Shown: in pieces, positions 40,576 through 48,698 of the stretch
Position numbering within the stretch: position 1 is the first letter of the stretch
Layout: each line of letters starts with the position of its first letter
NCBI GenBank assembly: GCA_965228475.1
Contig: OZ245817.1
Coordinates: 2,516,209 to 2,580,208 of the forward strand
From: Myxococcota bacterium
GTDB taxonomy: Bacteria; Myxococcota_A; UBA9160; JAFDDA01
Length of the DNA: 64,000 nucleotides
Reading direction: 5' to 3'
Translations under genes and position numbers: made by a program
The notes under the pieces: model-generated
What the model was told of the DNA's origin: nothing
Database searches by the model: none
Seen by the model: only the letters and a program-made list of their open reading frames with translations

Positions 40576-42798
40576 ATGAAACGATCGTCTCGGGTGCTGT
40601 ACGGCCTCTTCGTTCTGATCGCGGCGCTCGCGAGCGGTTGCGGCGGTGAGCGCACCGCGGGCGAGATCACGGGGGAACCCCGTCCGCCCGAGGCGGTGGC
40701 GGCGGCCGCCGCCGCCCAGGCGCAGGCTCGCGAAGCACTCGCGCTGCGCTCGGCCTCTGCTCCCGCCGAGAAGGCGATCCTCTTCGGCGACCTCCACGTC
40801 CACACGACCTGGTCCTTCGACGCCTTCCTCTATTCGCTGCCCGTCACCGGCGGCGAGGGTGCCTACCCGCCCGCGGACGCCTGCGACTTCGCGCGCCACT
40901 GCTCGGCCCTCGACTTCTACGCCCTCACCGACCACGCCGAGAACCTGACGCCCGCGCACTGGGCCGCGGAGAAGGAGAGCGTGCGCCAGTGCAACGCGCG
41001 CGCGGGCAACCCGGAGGATCCGGACCTCGTCGCCTTCACCGGCTTCGAGTGGACCCAGGTCGGCTTGACGCCCGAGACCCACTGGGGCCACAAGAACGTG
41101 ATCTTCCCGGGCACCGGCGAAGACGAACTCCCAGCGCGGCCGATCGGCTCCGTCGACGGGGAAGGCGGCCTCGTCTCGGGCTTCGAACCCATCGGCGGCC
41201 TGCGCTGGATCGACCCGCTCGGATTCGGGGAGTACGCGGACTTCCTGTGGCTTCTCGACGAGCTCGCCGCCCAGCCGCGCTGCGAGAAGGGCGTCGATAC
41301 CCGCTCGCTCCCCACCGAGTGCATGGAGTCGGCCACGACGCCCGCGGCGCTCTTCGAGAAGCTCGACCAGTGGGGCTTCGATGCCCTCGTCATCCCCCAC
41401 GGCACGGCCTGGGGGACGTACACGCCGCCCGGCACGACGATCGACAAGCACCTCACGGCCGAGCAGCACGACCCCGAGCGGCAGGGCCTCGTCGAGATCA
41501 TGTCCGGGCACGGGAACTCGGAGGAGTACCGCCCCTGGAACTCCGTCGAAACGGGTCCGGACGGCGCACCGATCTGCCCCGAGCCGAGCGCGGACTTCCT
41601 GCCCTGCTGCTGGCGCGCGGGCCAGATCATGCGCGAGCGCTGCGGCGACCTCCCCGAGGCCGAGTGCGAGGCGCGCGTGGAGCTCGCCCAGCAGCTCACG
41701 CTCGCGGCGAACGTCTCGCATCAGCTCGTGTTCCCGGACACCCGCGCCGAAGACTGGCTCGACTGCGACCAGTGCCGCGACTGCTTCAAGCCCGCCTTCG
41801 GCCTGCGCCCGAAGGAGACGGTCCAGTACGCGATGGCGCTCTCGAACCCCGAGGCCACCGACGAGAACGGAGACCCGCTGCGCTTCCGGTTCGGCTTCCT
41901 CTCCTCGAGCGACAACCACTCCGCGCGGCCGGGAACCGGCTACAAGCAGTACGAACGGCGCCGCATGACCGACGCGCGCGGCGTGCGCTCGGCGTTCTAC
42001 GAGAGCCTCGTCCGCCCCGAGCCGGACGTCGACCCCCAGGTGCCCCAGCCCGTCGAGGTCCGCGGCGGCCTGACCGACCGCGATACCGAGCGGGTGCAGA
42101 GCTACTTCTACACGGGCGGCCTGGTCGCCCTGCACAGCGAGGGGCGCAGCCGCGAAGCGATCTGGCGCGCGCTCAAGGCCCGCGAGGTCTACGGCACGAG
42201 CGGCCCGCGCATCCTGCTCTGGTTCGACCTGCTGAACGGCCCCGGCGGCCCGGCCCCCATGGGCAGCGAGCACGACTTCGCGGGGATCCCGCTCTTCGAG
42301 GTGCGCGCCCTCGGCGCCTTCGAACAGAAGCCCGGCTGCCCGGAGTCCGCGACGTCGGCCCTTCCCGCCGACCGCATCGAACGCCTCTGCCGCGGCGAGT
42401 GCCACAACCCGAGCGACACGCGCCACCCGATCGTCGCCCTCGAGATCATCCGCATCCGGCCCCAGGTGCACGCGGGTGAGGACGTCGGTGAGCTCATCGA
42501 AGACCCGTGGAAGCGCATCGCCTGCGAGCCGACGCCCGAAGGCTGCGTCGCCCGCTTCGAGGACGCCGAGTACCCGACCCTCGGCCGCGACGTCCTCTAC
42601 TACGCCCGCGCCATCCAGGAAGAGACCCCGGCCATCAACGGCGCCCAGCTGCGCACCACCTTCGACGAAGCCGGCAACGCCCTCGCCACCGACCCGTGTT
42701 ACGGCGACTACCGCACCGACTTCGGCGAGAACTGCCTCGCACCCGTCTCCGAGCGCGCCTGGTCCTCGCCGATCTTCCTGAACGCGAAAGCCCGCTGA
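40576..42798 (+). CDS. DUF3604-domain lipoprotein (PHP-like metal-dependent fold)
   Basis: Signal plus lipobox MKRSSRVLYGLFVLIAALASGC. ILFGDLHVHTTWSFDAF and FYALTDHAENL are present. The upstream part of the track ORF overlaps the DUF1353 gene and was rejected. Confidence 0.8.
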   Translation: MKRSSRVLYGLFVLIAALASGCGGERTAGEITGEPRPPEAVAAAAAAQAQAREALALRSASAPAEKAILFGDLHVHTTWSFDAFLYSLPVTGGEGAYPPADACDFARHCSALDFYALTDHAENLTPAHWAAEKESVRQCNARAGNPEDPDLVAFTGFEWTQVGLTPETHWGHKNVIFPGTGEDELPARPIGSVDGEGGLVSGFEPIGGLRWIDPLGFGEYADFLWLLDELAAQPRCEKGVDTRSLPTECMESATTPAALFEKLDQWGFDALVIPHGTAWGTYTPPGTTIDKHLTAEQHDPERQGLVEIMSGHGNSEEYRPWNSVETGPDGAPICPEPSADFLPCCWRAGQIMRERCGDLPEAECEARVELAQQLTLAANVSHQLVFPDTRAEDWLDCDQCRDCFKPAFGLRPKETVQYAMALSNPEATDENGDPLRFRFGFLSSSDNHSARPGTGYKQYERRRMTDARGVRSAFYESLVRPEPDVDPQVPQPVEVRGGLTDRDTERVQSYFYTGGLVALHSEGRSREAIWRALKAREVYGTSGPRILLWFDLLNGPGGPAPMGSEHDFAGIPLFEVRALGAFEQKPGCPESATSALPADRIERLCRGECHNPSDTRHPIVALEIIRIRPQVHAGEDVGELIEDPWKRIACEPTPEGCVARFEDAEYPTLGRDVLYYARAIQEETPAINGAQLRTTFDEAGNALATDPCYGDYRTDFGENCLAPVSERAWSSPIFLNAKAR

Positions 42799-42830
42799 GA
42801 CCGCCCGCACCCCCGGCCCAAGGAGCCCCC

Positions 42831-43661
42831 GTGCCCGATTCCGATGCCTACGAAACCCTCGACGTCCGCGTCGAGGACCACCTGTGCTGGCTGACCCTCG
42901 ACCGGCCCGAGTCGCTCAACGCGATGAGCCGCCAGCTCGTGACGGACCTGCGGGACTTCCTCGCGCGGCTCCCCGAGCGGCGCGACATCCGCGTCGTGCT
43001 GCTACGTGGCGCCGGGCGTGCCTTTTGCGCGGGTCTCGACCTCAAGGAAGCATCCGCCGCTCCCTCGGGCGCCGAGGCGGGCGAATCGGGCACGAACCGC
43101 GTCGGGGCCGGCCTGCGCGCGCAGCGGCGCATCTCGGAACTCGTGATCGCCATGCGGCGCGCGCCGCAGCCCTTCATCGCGTGCGTCCACGGGGCGGCCA
43201 GCGGAGGCGGCTTCGCCCTCGCGCTCGCCTCGGACGTCCGCATCGCCGGCGAATCCGCACGAATGAACGCCGCCTTCATCCGCATCGGCCTGTCCGCCTG
43301 CGACATCGGCGTGAGCTACTTCCTGCCGCGCCTGGTCGGCGCCTCCCTGGCTTCCGAGCTCCTGCTGACGGGGAAGTTCATCGGCGCCGAGCGGGCCCTC
43401 GCCCGCGGCCTCGTTTCCGACGTGGTGCCGGACGACGAACTCGACGCCGCGGGCGAAACGCTCGCGCGAGAAATCCTGCGCAACTCACCCCTGGGCGTGA
43501 AGCTCACCAAGGAAGCCCTCGGCATGAGCCTCGACGCGGGCAGCCTCGAGCAGGTCATCGCCATGGAAGACCGCAACCAGATGCTCTGCGTCCAGTCACC
43601 CGACGTCATCGAAGGAATGAAGGCGTTCCTGGAGAAGCGGACGCCGAGCTACACGGACTGA
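42831..43661 (+). CDS. Enoyl-CoA hydratase/isomerase (crotonase family)
   Basis: SD AAGGAG precedes GTG 42831. LTLDRPESLNAM, GAGRAFCAGLDLKE and ACVHGAASGGGFALALASDVRIA are present. Confidence 0.85.
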   Translation: MPDSDAYETLDVRVEDHLCWLTLDRPESLNAMSRQLVTDLRDFLARLPERRDIRVVLLRGAGRAFCAGLDLKEASAAPSGAEAGESGTNRVGAGLRAQRRISELVIAMRRAPQPFIACVHGAASGGGFALALASDVRIAGESARMNAAFIRIGLSACDIGVSYFLPRLVGASLASELLLTGKFIGAERALARGLVSDVVPDDELDAAGETLAREILRNSPLGVKLTKEALGMSLDAGSLEQVIAMEDRNQMLCVQSPDVIEGMKAFLEKRTPSYTD

Positions 43662-43709
43662 AGGCTACGTCGATGGAGGGGGTGGGATCGCCAAAGGACG
43701 GAGCGAAAG

Positions 43710-43785
43710 TGGTGACCCCAACGGGGTTCGAACCCGTGTTACCGCCTTGAAAGGGCGGAGTCCTAGGCCTCTAGACGATGGGGTC
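43710..43785 (-). tRNA. tRNA-Glu (anticodon UUC), CCA encoded
   Basis: The reverse strand reads GACCCCA TC GTC TAGAGGCCTA GGAC T CCGCC CTTTCAA GGCGG TAAC ACGGG TTCGAAC CCCGT TGGGGTC A CCA. The cloverleaf arms pair and the sequence is closely similar to canonical bacterial tRNA-Glu. Confidence 0.9.
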
Positions 43786-43823
43786 ACGGCGGCGGAGTAT
43801 GGCGGATCCGTGGGCCGGCCGCC

Positions 43824-44549
43824 CTACCCCTTCCGGGACTTCCTGGGCCTCGCGGCGGCTTCCTGCTCGGCGGCCTTCGCCCGCTTCGCCTCGGCGGCGC
43901 GCAGGTCGAGGTGGCGCCACATGTACCAGCTCCCGACGCTCCGGAAGGGCCGCCAGGGCTCGGCGATCGCCTCCATGGTCTCGGGCTTCGGCAGCTCCGC
44001 GAGGCCGTAGAGGTCCTGCATGCCCTTGCGAACGCCGTAGTCGCCCGTGGGCAGGACGTCCGGCCGGCCGAGGCAGAACATGAGGGTCATGTGGGCGGTC
44101 CATTCGCCGATGCCGCGGACCTGGATGAGGTTCTCGACGATCGCGTCGTCGTCCATGTACGGAAAGCGGCGGGGCCGGACGTCGCCGTCGCGGACGGCGC
44201 AGGCCACGGCCTTCATGGCGGCACTCTTCTGGCGCGAGAGGCCCGCCTTGCGCAGGCGCGGGTCGCGCGTGGCGAGGAGCTCCTCCGGCTCCGGGTAGCG
44301 CCCGCCGTAGAGGGCCACGAAACGGCCTTCGATGGTCTTCGCGGCGGCACCCGCGAGCTGCTGGAAGAGGATCGAGCGCAGCAGCGAGCGATACGGCGCG
44401 CCGGTCGGCCGGATCACGGGCGGGCCGTAGGCGCGCACCACGCCCCGGAGCTTCGCGTCGCGGCGCGGCAGCAGGCGATGCGCCCGGGCGAGCTGCGCCG
44501 CATCGAGGCGGACGGGGCGAGTGGACCGAGGGGTGGCTGCGGAAGGCAT
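43824..44549 (-). CDS. DNA-3-methyladenine glycosylase II-like (HhH-GPD, AlkA family)
   Basis: LLRSILFQQLAGAAAKTIEGRF, VRGIGEWTAHMTLMFCLGRPDVLPTGDYGVRKG and PWRPFRSVGSWYMW are present. Confidence 0.8.
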   Translation of the reverse strand: MPSAATPRSTRPVRLDAAQLARAHRLLPRRDAKLRGVVRAYGPPVIRPTGAPYRSLLRSILFQQLAGAAAKTIEGRFVALYGGRYPEPEELLATRDPRLRKAGLSRQKSAAMKAVACAVRDGDVRPRRFPYMDDDAIVENLIQVRGIGEWTAHMTLMFCLGRPDVLPTGDYGVRKGMQDLYGLAELPKPETMEAIAEPWRPFRSVGSWYMWRHLDLRAAEAKRAKAAEQEAAARPRKSRKG

Positions 44550-44557
44550 GCATGCGC

Positions 44558-44563
44558 ACGCTA
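44558..44563 (-). promoter_or_regulatory. -10-like TAGCGT, 8 nt upstream of the AlkA-like ATG; no SD
   Basis: The minus strand reads TAGCGT gcgcatgc ATG (ATG at 44549). Confidence 0.3.
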
Positions 44564-44615
44564 GCGCAGGCCTGCCGCAGGCCACGTGCACGGTGCTCTC
44601 CGCACGCAGCAAGGG

Positions 44616-44621
44616 TATTCT
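44616..44621 (+). promoter_or_regulatory. -10-like TATTCT, 8 nt upstream of the GT2 ATG; no SD
   Basis: TATTCT cccgagcc ATG (ATG at 44630). Confidence 0.3.
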
Positions 44622-44629
44622 CCCGAGCC

Positions 44630-45793
44630 ATGGAGCGCCCGGTCGAAGTCTCGTTCGTGATGCCGTGCCTGAACGAGGCCGAGACCCTCGCGGATTGCAT
44701 CCGCGCGGCGAAGGGCTGCATCGAACGCCACGGCCTTTCCGCCGAGATCGTCATCGCCGACAACGGCAGCACCGACGGCTCCCAGGACATCGCCCGCAGC
44801 GAAGGCGCGCGGGTCGTCGACATCGAGGAGCGCGGCTACGGCGCGGCGCTGCTCGGCGGCTTCGAGGCGGCCCACGGCGAGTTCCTCATCATGGGCGACG
44901 CCGACATGAGCTACGACTTCGGCGAAGCGTTCCCGATGGTCGAAGCCATGCGCGCAGGGGCCGACGTCGTGATGGGCTCGCGCTTCCGCGGCCGCATCGA
45001 GCCGGGCGCCATGCCCTTCCTCCACAAGTACCTCGGAAACCCCGTGCTCTCCTTCCTCGGGCGCTTCCTCTTCCGCATCGAGATCTCGGACTTCCACTGC
45101 GGCCTGCGCGGCTTCACGAAGAAGGCCTTCCACGCGATGAACCTCCGCACGAGCGGCATGGAGCTCGCGAGCGAGATCGTCGTGAAGGCGGCCACGGGGA
45201 AGATGCGCATCGCGGAAGTCCCGGTGACGCTCCGCCCCGACGGCCGCTCCCGCGCCCCGCACCTGCGCACGTGGCGCGACGGCTGGCGGCACCTGCGCTT
45301 CCTCCTCACGCTCTCGCCGCGCTACACGCTCTTCGTCCCCGGGAGCGTCCTGCTCCTGCTCGGCGGAGCCCTGCTCGCGGCGGTGGCGCCCGGCCCGCTC
45401 TCCGTGGGCTCGGTGGTCCTCGACGTCCATACGATGCTCGTCGGGAGCCTGCTCGTGATCACGGGCTATCAGGCCATCACCACCGCCTTCGCGGCACGCA
45501 TCTTCGCGCTGGAAGAGGAGATCGGGCCGCCGGCGCCCTGGCTCGAAAAGAGCTTCTCGATCTTCACGCTCGAGCGCGGAATCGTCGGCGGGCTGCTGCT
45601 CGCGCTCCTCGGCGTCGGCATCATCGGGCGCCTGATCGCGCACTGGGCCTCCCTCGACTTCGGGCCCCTCGACGCCTCGGCGACCCTCCGCCCCATGGTC
45701 TTCGGCGCGACCTTCGTCGCCCTCGGCATCCAGACCCTCCTCATGTCGTTCCTCTACAGCATGATGGGGATCAAGCGGAGACGATCCCGCTAG
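44630..45793 (+). CDS. Family-2 glycosyltransferase with C-terminal TM helices (polyprenyl-phosphate sugar synthase type, GtrB/ArnC/DPM1-like)
   Basis: VSFVMPCLNEAETL, VIADNGSTDGS and LIMGDADMSYD (DxD) are present, followed by about 4 hydrophobic helices in the last 150 aa. Confidence 0.85.
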   Translation: MERPVEVSFVMPCLNEAETLADCIRAAKGCIERHGLSAEIVIADNGSTDGSQDIARSEGARVVDIEERGYGAALLGGFEAAHGEFLIMGDADMSYDFGEAFPMVEAMRAGADVVMGSRFRGRIEPGAMPFLHKYLGNPVLSFLGRFLFRIEISDFHCGLRGFTKKAFHAMNLRTSGMELASEIVVKAATGKMRIAEVPVTLRPDGRSRAPHLRTWRDGWRHLRFLLTLSPRYTLFVPGSVLLLLGGALLAAVAPGPLSVGSVVLDVHTMLVGSLLVITGYQAITTAFAARIFALEEEIGPPAPWLEKSFSIFTLERGIVGGLLLALLGVGIIGRLIAHWASLDFGPLDASATLRPMVFGATFVALGIQTLLMSFLYSMMGIKRRRSR

Positions 45794-45814
45794 ATGACGC
45801 CGGGCTCCCGCTAG

Positions 45815-46369
45815 ATGCGCACCATCGACCACATCCTTTCGCGCTGGCGGATCGGCAAGGCCGCCGCCTGGACGCGCCCGGGCGACCGGCTCCTCGACGT
45901 CGGATGCTACGACGGAAGCCTGATCCGCGAGGTGCGCCCACGCATCGCGAGCGCGGTTGGCATCGACGCCGTGGCCGAGCCGAGCGATGCGGGCGACGGC
46001 GTGCGCATCGTGCGAGGCCACTTCCCCGAAGACCTCTCCGAGCCCGACGGGAGCTTCGACTGCATCACGGCCCTCGCGGTGCTCGAGCACGTGACGGACC
46101 CGCCGGCCTTCGCCGCCGCCTGCCATCGCCTGCTCTCCCCCGGCGGCCGGGTCGTGCTGACGGTTCCCCACCCGCGCGTCGACGGCATCGTCGACACCCT
46201 GATCGCCCTGCGCCTCGCCGACGGCATGGACTTCGAAGAGCACCACGGGTTCGACGTCGGCCGTACACGCCCCATCTTCGAGGAGGCAGGGTTCAGGCTG
46301 CGGGCCGAGCGCGCCTTCCAGCTCGGCCTGAACCGGCTCTTCGTGTTCGAGAAGCCGGGGCCCGCCTAG
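45815..46369 (+). CDS. Class I SAM-dependent methyltransferase
   Basis: RLLDVGCYDGSLI (motif I-like) and ALAVLEHVTDP...LLSPGGRVVLTVP are present. Confidence 0.75.
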   Translation: MRTIDHILSRWRIGKAAAWTRPGDRLLDVGCYDGSLIREVRPRIASAVGIDAVAEPSDAGDGVRIVRGHFPEDLSEPDGSFDCITALAVLEHVTDPPAFAAACHRLLSPGGRVVLTVPHPRVDGIVDTLIALRLADGMDFEEHHGFDVGRTRPIFEEAGFRLRAERAFQLGLNRLFVFEKPGPA

Positions 46370-48615
46370 GGCCGCCGCAGGTCGGGGCCGGCGAGCTCGC
46401 TCCCGGCCCGGACGGCGCGCTCGGAAACCGAGAGCGATCCACTCCCGCCGCGCGCTCCCACGAGCGTGAAGTCTCCCTCGCCCTGCACCGCGCTTCCCGG
46501 CGTGGCCTCCGTCGAGTACGGCAGCACGAAGACGTAGCGGCCCTCTCCGTCGGCTTCGGCCACCGCGCGGTAGCGGTGCCGCCGACCCTGGGCCGTTCGC
46601 AGGACGAGGCTCGCTTCGACGCGCTCCCCCGGCGCGGCAAAGCCCACGACCCGCGCCCCCGCGACGATCTCCCAGATCCCGAGGGCGAAGCCCGGGGGCT
46701 CCGCAGCGAATTCGAGCGCGCGGCCGCTGCGCTGGTGCCAGAGCAGCCGATGATGCGAGAGCGCCGGCACGGCGGGTGCGAGTGCATCGGCCGGCCATGC
46801 CGTCCCGAAAGCGAAGGCCAGCCGGTGCGCGAGGGTGCCCTCCGGGTACGCGGCGGTGCGGCCGGCGCCGTGGCGGTCCGCCATCACGTAGCGGACGCCG
46901 AGCGCCTCGAGCATCGCGACGGCCTCCGCCTCGTCCCGCGCCGCGAAGTAGCGTTCGGCCGCGTCGTAGTTCGCGCGCCCGCCGTAGACGCCGAAGTTGT
47001 CCTGGATGAGCGGCCGGCGCGCGCGGTAGCGCAGCATGTGGCCCGCGTCCCAGCTCGAGAGCACGGCGTACTCCGGCAGGACCTCGGGATCGAACCAGCC
47101 GGAGGTCGGCGGGGAGTTCGCACCGAGCCACCGCGAGCCGGCATCGACGAGGCGGTTGCGAACGCCGTGCGGCCCGCCGCGGGCGACCGCCGGGTCCGCG
47201 TGGGCGCGCGCGTGGCCCTGCCAGCGTTCGAGATGGAGCGCCAGGAGGCCGTCGGCGAGGAGCAGCAGGAAGACGGCCGCGAAAGCGCCTGCCGCGATGC
47301 GGCGCCCCGTGCCCCAGCGCCGCCAGGCCGCTGCGACGAGGGGCGCCGTCTCGTAGAAGAGCCATCCCCAGACCAGCACGTAGAAGATGGAGAAGCTGTT
47401 CCCGAAGCGGCGCTGCAAGCTCGTCAGGACGAAGAAGAGGAGGCTCATCCCGAGCAGGACGAAGCGGTCTGCGGACGCGCCCGTCCGCACGCTCCGCCAG
47501 GCGAGCCAGGCCCAGGCGAAGGGGAAGAGGAAGGCCAGGATCGTCAGGCGGGAGACGATGAGGTCCGGGGAGAACGGGCGCAGCTCGCGGACCTCGTGCT
47601 GGAAGGCCTCCTCCTTGGAGAACCATCCGGCCCCGGTCGCGACGACGTCCGAGAGGCCGGGGATCACGAGAAAGGCCGCCGCAAGCGCCACGACCCCGGC
47701 GGCGACGGCGGCACCGATCCGCCGGCCGCGCGTGGCCCCGAGACCGGTTCCGAACGCGAGCGCCGCCACCCCGAGCACCCCGGCCGCGACCGCGAAGAAG
47801 GCCGGCTGGAAGTTCGAGAGCACCCACGGGCTCCACGGTCCGAACTCCGGCCACGCCTGCCCCCACCCGAACGGCGCGAGGACGACCGCGGCCACCGCGT
47901 TCGCGAGGGCCAGCCACCGGGCCCGGGCGCGCGCATCCTCCGCGCGCTCCGCGAGCAAGGCGTACAGCACGAGCAGGCCGTCGAAGGCACCGACGTGGAT
48001 CAGCGCTCCCGGCCACAGCAGCAGCAGCGCCGCGAAGAGCCCCCCGAGACCGAAGGCGCTCGCCAGCCCCGGTGCACCCGCCCGCGATGCGGAAGCGAGC
48101 GCGACGCCCGTCAGAGCGACCGCCCCGAGCGCAACGGCGACGTGGTGGTCGAGCTGCCCGGCCTGGGAGTGCAGCAGGTGGACGGGCAGGACGGCGAGGA
48201 GCCCCCCGGCCAGCCACCCGGCCCCCGGCGAGAAGTGCCGCCGTCCGACCCACGCGACGCCGACCACGGCCAGGGCGCCGAGCACCGCCGGCACGCGCGC
48301 GGCGACGTGTTCGACGGCCGTCTCGTCGCCCTCGGGCGCCACGGCGCGGGCCAGCGCCGCGATGCTCCAGTCGAAGGCCGGCGGCCAGACGATGTGCCCG
48401 CCGTGCGGGTAGTTCACGTAGCGGTCGAAGTCGAGGACGTCGGGAAAGCGCTCCACCGAGTAGGCGATGCGGCGCATGTGGTAGTAGGGATCGCCGCCGG
48501 CGGTGAAGTGCACGCCGTCGGGCTGGAGGACGAGGACCTCGGACTGCGCGCGCAGGCTCCACGCGGCGGCGAAGAGCACGAGGAAACCGAGAGCGACGAG
48601 GAGCGGGCGTCTCAT
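46366..48615 (-). CDS. STT3/AglB/PglB-superfamily oligosaccharyltransferase-like GT-C membrane protein (749 aa)
   Basis: The first-loop segment GGDPYYHMRRIAYSVERFPDVLDFDRYVNYPHGGHIVWPP parallels the STT3 pattern DPWFNYR...FD..SWYPLGR. There are about 13 TM helices. LSSWDAGHMLRY sits at the position of WWDYG, followed by ...EAEAVAMLEALGVRYVMAD. Confidence 0.8.
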   Translation of the reverse strand: MRRPLLVALGFLVLFAAAWSLRAQSEVLVLQPDGVHFTAGGDPYYHMRRIAYSVERFPDVLDFDRYVNYPHGGHIVWPPAFDWSIAALARAVAPEGDETAVEHVAARVPAVLGALAVVGVAWVGRRHFSPGAGWLAGGLLAVLPVHLLHSQAGQLDHHVAVALGAVALTGVALASASRAGAPGLASAFGLGGLFAALLLLWPGALIHVGAFDGLLVLYALLAERAEDARARARWLALANAVAAVVLAPFGWGQAWPEFGPWSPWVLSNFQPAFFAVAAGVLGVAALAFGTGLGATRGRRIGAAVAAGVVALAAAFLVIPGLSDVVATGAGWFSKEEAFQHEVRELRPFSPDLIVSRLTILAFLFPFAWAWLAWRSVRTGASADRFVLLGMSLLFFVLTSLQRRFGNSFSIFYVLVWGWLFYETAPLVAAAWRRWGTGRRIAAGAFAAVFLLLLADGLLALHLERWQGHARAHADPAVARGGPHGVRNRLVDAGSRWLGANSPPTSGWFDPEVLPEYAVLSSWDAGHMLRYRARRPLIQDNFGVYGGRANYDAAERYFAARDEAEAVAMLEALGVRYVMADRHGAGRTAAYPEGTLAHRLAFAFGTAWPADALAPAVPALSHHRLLWHQRSGRALEFAAEPPGFALGIWEIVAGARVVGFAAPGERVEASLVLRTAQGRRHRYRAVAEADGEGRYVFVLPYSTEATPGSAVQGEGDFTLVGARGGSGSLSVSERAVRAGSELAGPDLRRP

Positions 48616-48685
48616 TGCGGGCGTCCGAGCCTATCAGCCGGGGCCGAGCGCGGAAACCGTGCGCAGCGGCCCTCGGGCGGCCTGC

Positions 48686-48691
48686 TAGCCT
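48686..48691 (+). promoter_or_regulatory. Extended -10-like TGcTAGCCT, 7 nt upstream of the AAA+ ATG; no SD
   Basis: TGCTAGCCT cccctcc ATG (ATG at 48699). Confidence 0.3.
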
Positions 48692-48698
48692 CCCCTCC

